64,000 nt of DNA from an uncultured Clostridium sp. GTDB lineage: Bacteria; Bacillota; Clostridia; TANB77; CAG-508. Position 1 is the stretch's first letter. Each line of letters begins with the position of its first letter. A program made the translations under genes and the position numbers. Shown here one piece after another: positions 63,154 through 64,000 of the stretch. The stretch spans positions 23,636-87,635 of the forward strand of contig CANONT010000002.1 of the NCBI GenBank assembly GCA_947567695.1. The letters run 5' to 3'. The notes beneath the pieces are model-generated. The model was not told the origin of the DNA, did no database searches, and was given only the letters and a program-made list of their open reading frames with translations.

Positions 63154-64000
63154 TTCTCCTAATTTCTTAAATAAATCTTTATATATTTTATCAACATTCA
63201 AATAGTTAACAATTGTTATTTTATGGTTGTTTTCTGTTAGTTCATAAGATGTATCATCATTAATATTTGGACAACTAATTTCTTTTGTTTCAAACCATTG
63301 TTTATTAATCATATATGCTATAACACTAATATCCCAAATAACTCTTCTTTCTTGAATACCATGTACACCATCATTATAAAATCTTTGGCATAGATAATCA
63401 CATAATTCACTTTTTCCTTTTAAGAAATGATCTAGTTCATATATTGAAGTTCTTAAATTTGATGCTACATTTTTACATGGTACAATAGTTAATTTTACTT
63501 TTGATTCAAAAACAGTTCTTACAGCTTGTATATCTTGTTTAAAATTAAATTCTTTATTATCTTTACTTAGAAAGCTATTTCCTCCAAGCCAAATAACTTC
63601 AATTTTATCAATTATTTTAGGTTCTTTTTTTAGAGCAATGGCTATATTTGTTATTGCTCCTATTGCTAAAATATATGTTTTATCATTTTTATTTGCAATT
63701 TCAATTATTTTATTTACTGCATTATTTTCTTTATTATAGCCATTTACGACATAATCTGTTGAGCCTTTAAATACTTTGTTAGCCCAGTCAAAATTTAACC
63801 AATTACATATTTTAATGATTTCGCTATAACTTTTGTCTGTTCCTTCTTCAATAGAGATATTATTATCATGATGATAAGGGGCTACTGTAATTGCTTCAAT
63901 ATTAAATTTATCTTGTGATTTTAGTAAATAGGAAAGAGCAAATTGATCATCACATTCATTGTAAATATCTGTATCTAAAATAACATTTACTTTTTGATTA
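63154..64000 (-). CDS. nucleoside hydrolase (inosine-uridine preferring type), N-terminus beyond the window end
   Basis: The minus-strand translation ends ...KKLGE-stop at 63154. Near the window edge it reads VILDTDIYNECDDQFAL, the DTDxxxDD calcium/ribose-binding motif found within the first ~15 residues of these enzymes. The start therefore lies just past 64000. Confidence 0.65.

Overview
This is an AT-rich (roughly 28-30% GC) chromosomal window from a spore-forming Firmicute. The Clostridia-like assignment rests on spore-coat genes (cotJA/cotJB, a CotF-like gene), a trimeric [FeFe]-hydrogenase operon and a Spo0A_C-like gene. Most genes lie on the minus strand.

- **1..6990, integrated phage-like element.** Right-hand part of an integrated mobile element: topB fragment, HNH endonuclease, small early genes, a replisome-organizer gene carrying internal iterons, a lysogeny switch with repeated operator-like sites, an XRE repressor and a tyrosine integrase. 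The integrase abuts the 3' end of secA.
- **7001..39140, core chromosome.** secA, guaA, an AI-2E transporter, tRNA-Asp, murD, hydCBA, ispH/ispG, an interrupted pyr cluster (pyrD, pyrK, pyrF, ymdB-like, pyrC, a PRTase paralog), cysE and uvrB.
- **39619..44830, decayed islet.** Integrase fragment, an ECF sigma/anti-sigma pair, a Spo0A_C-like protein, a RhuM pseudogene and a P-loop ATPase.
- **44893..58281.** Transporters, a frameshifted GH2 glycosidase with an MFS transporter, a GH18 hydrolase, alkD and tsaC.
- **58424..64000.** cotJA-cotJB with no cotJC, directly followed by a large serine recombinase and cargo-like genes.

Three cross-cutting observations stand out:
1. Six +1 frameshifts in conserved genes (ispG x2, pyrF x2, uvrB x2) each sit at a TCCG/CGGA tetranucleotide. 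Other genes (pepC, GH2, MATE, RhuM, a P-loop kinase) are disrupted elsewhere.
2. A hairpin repeat family (TGTGCAAT-R-GGGACGTTTC...TTTGCACA) occurs between convergent genes, once as a 47-bp-stem palindrome.
3. A second repeat family (TGGCGAGTTTGTGCCTGTCCCAAAGTCGCCA) is embedded at gene termini and even inside coding 3' ends.

No CRISPR array or rRNA was found.
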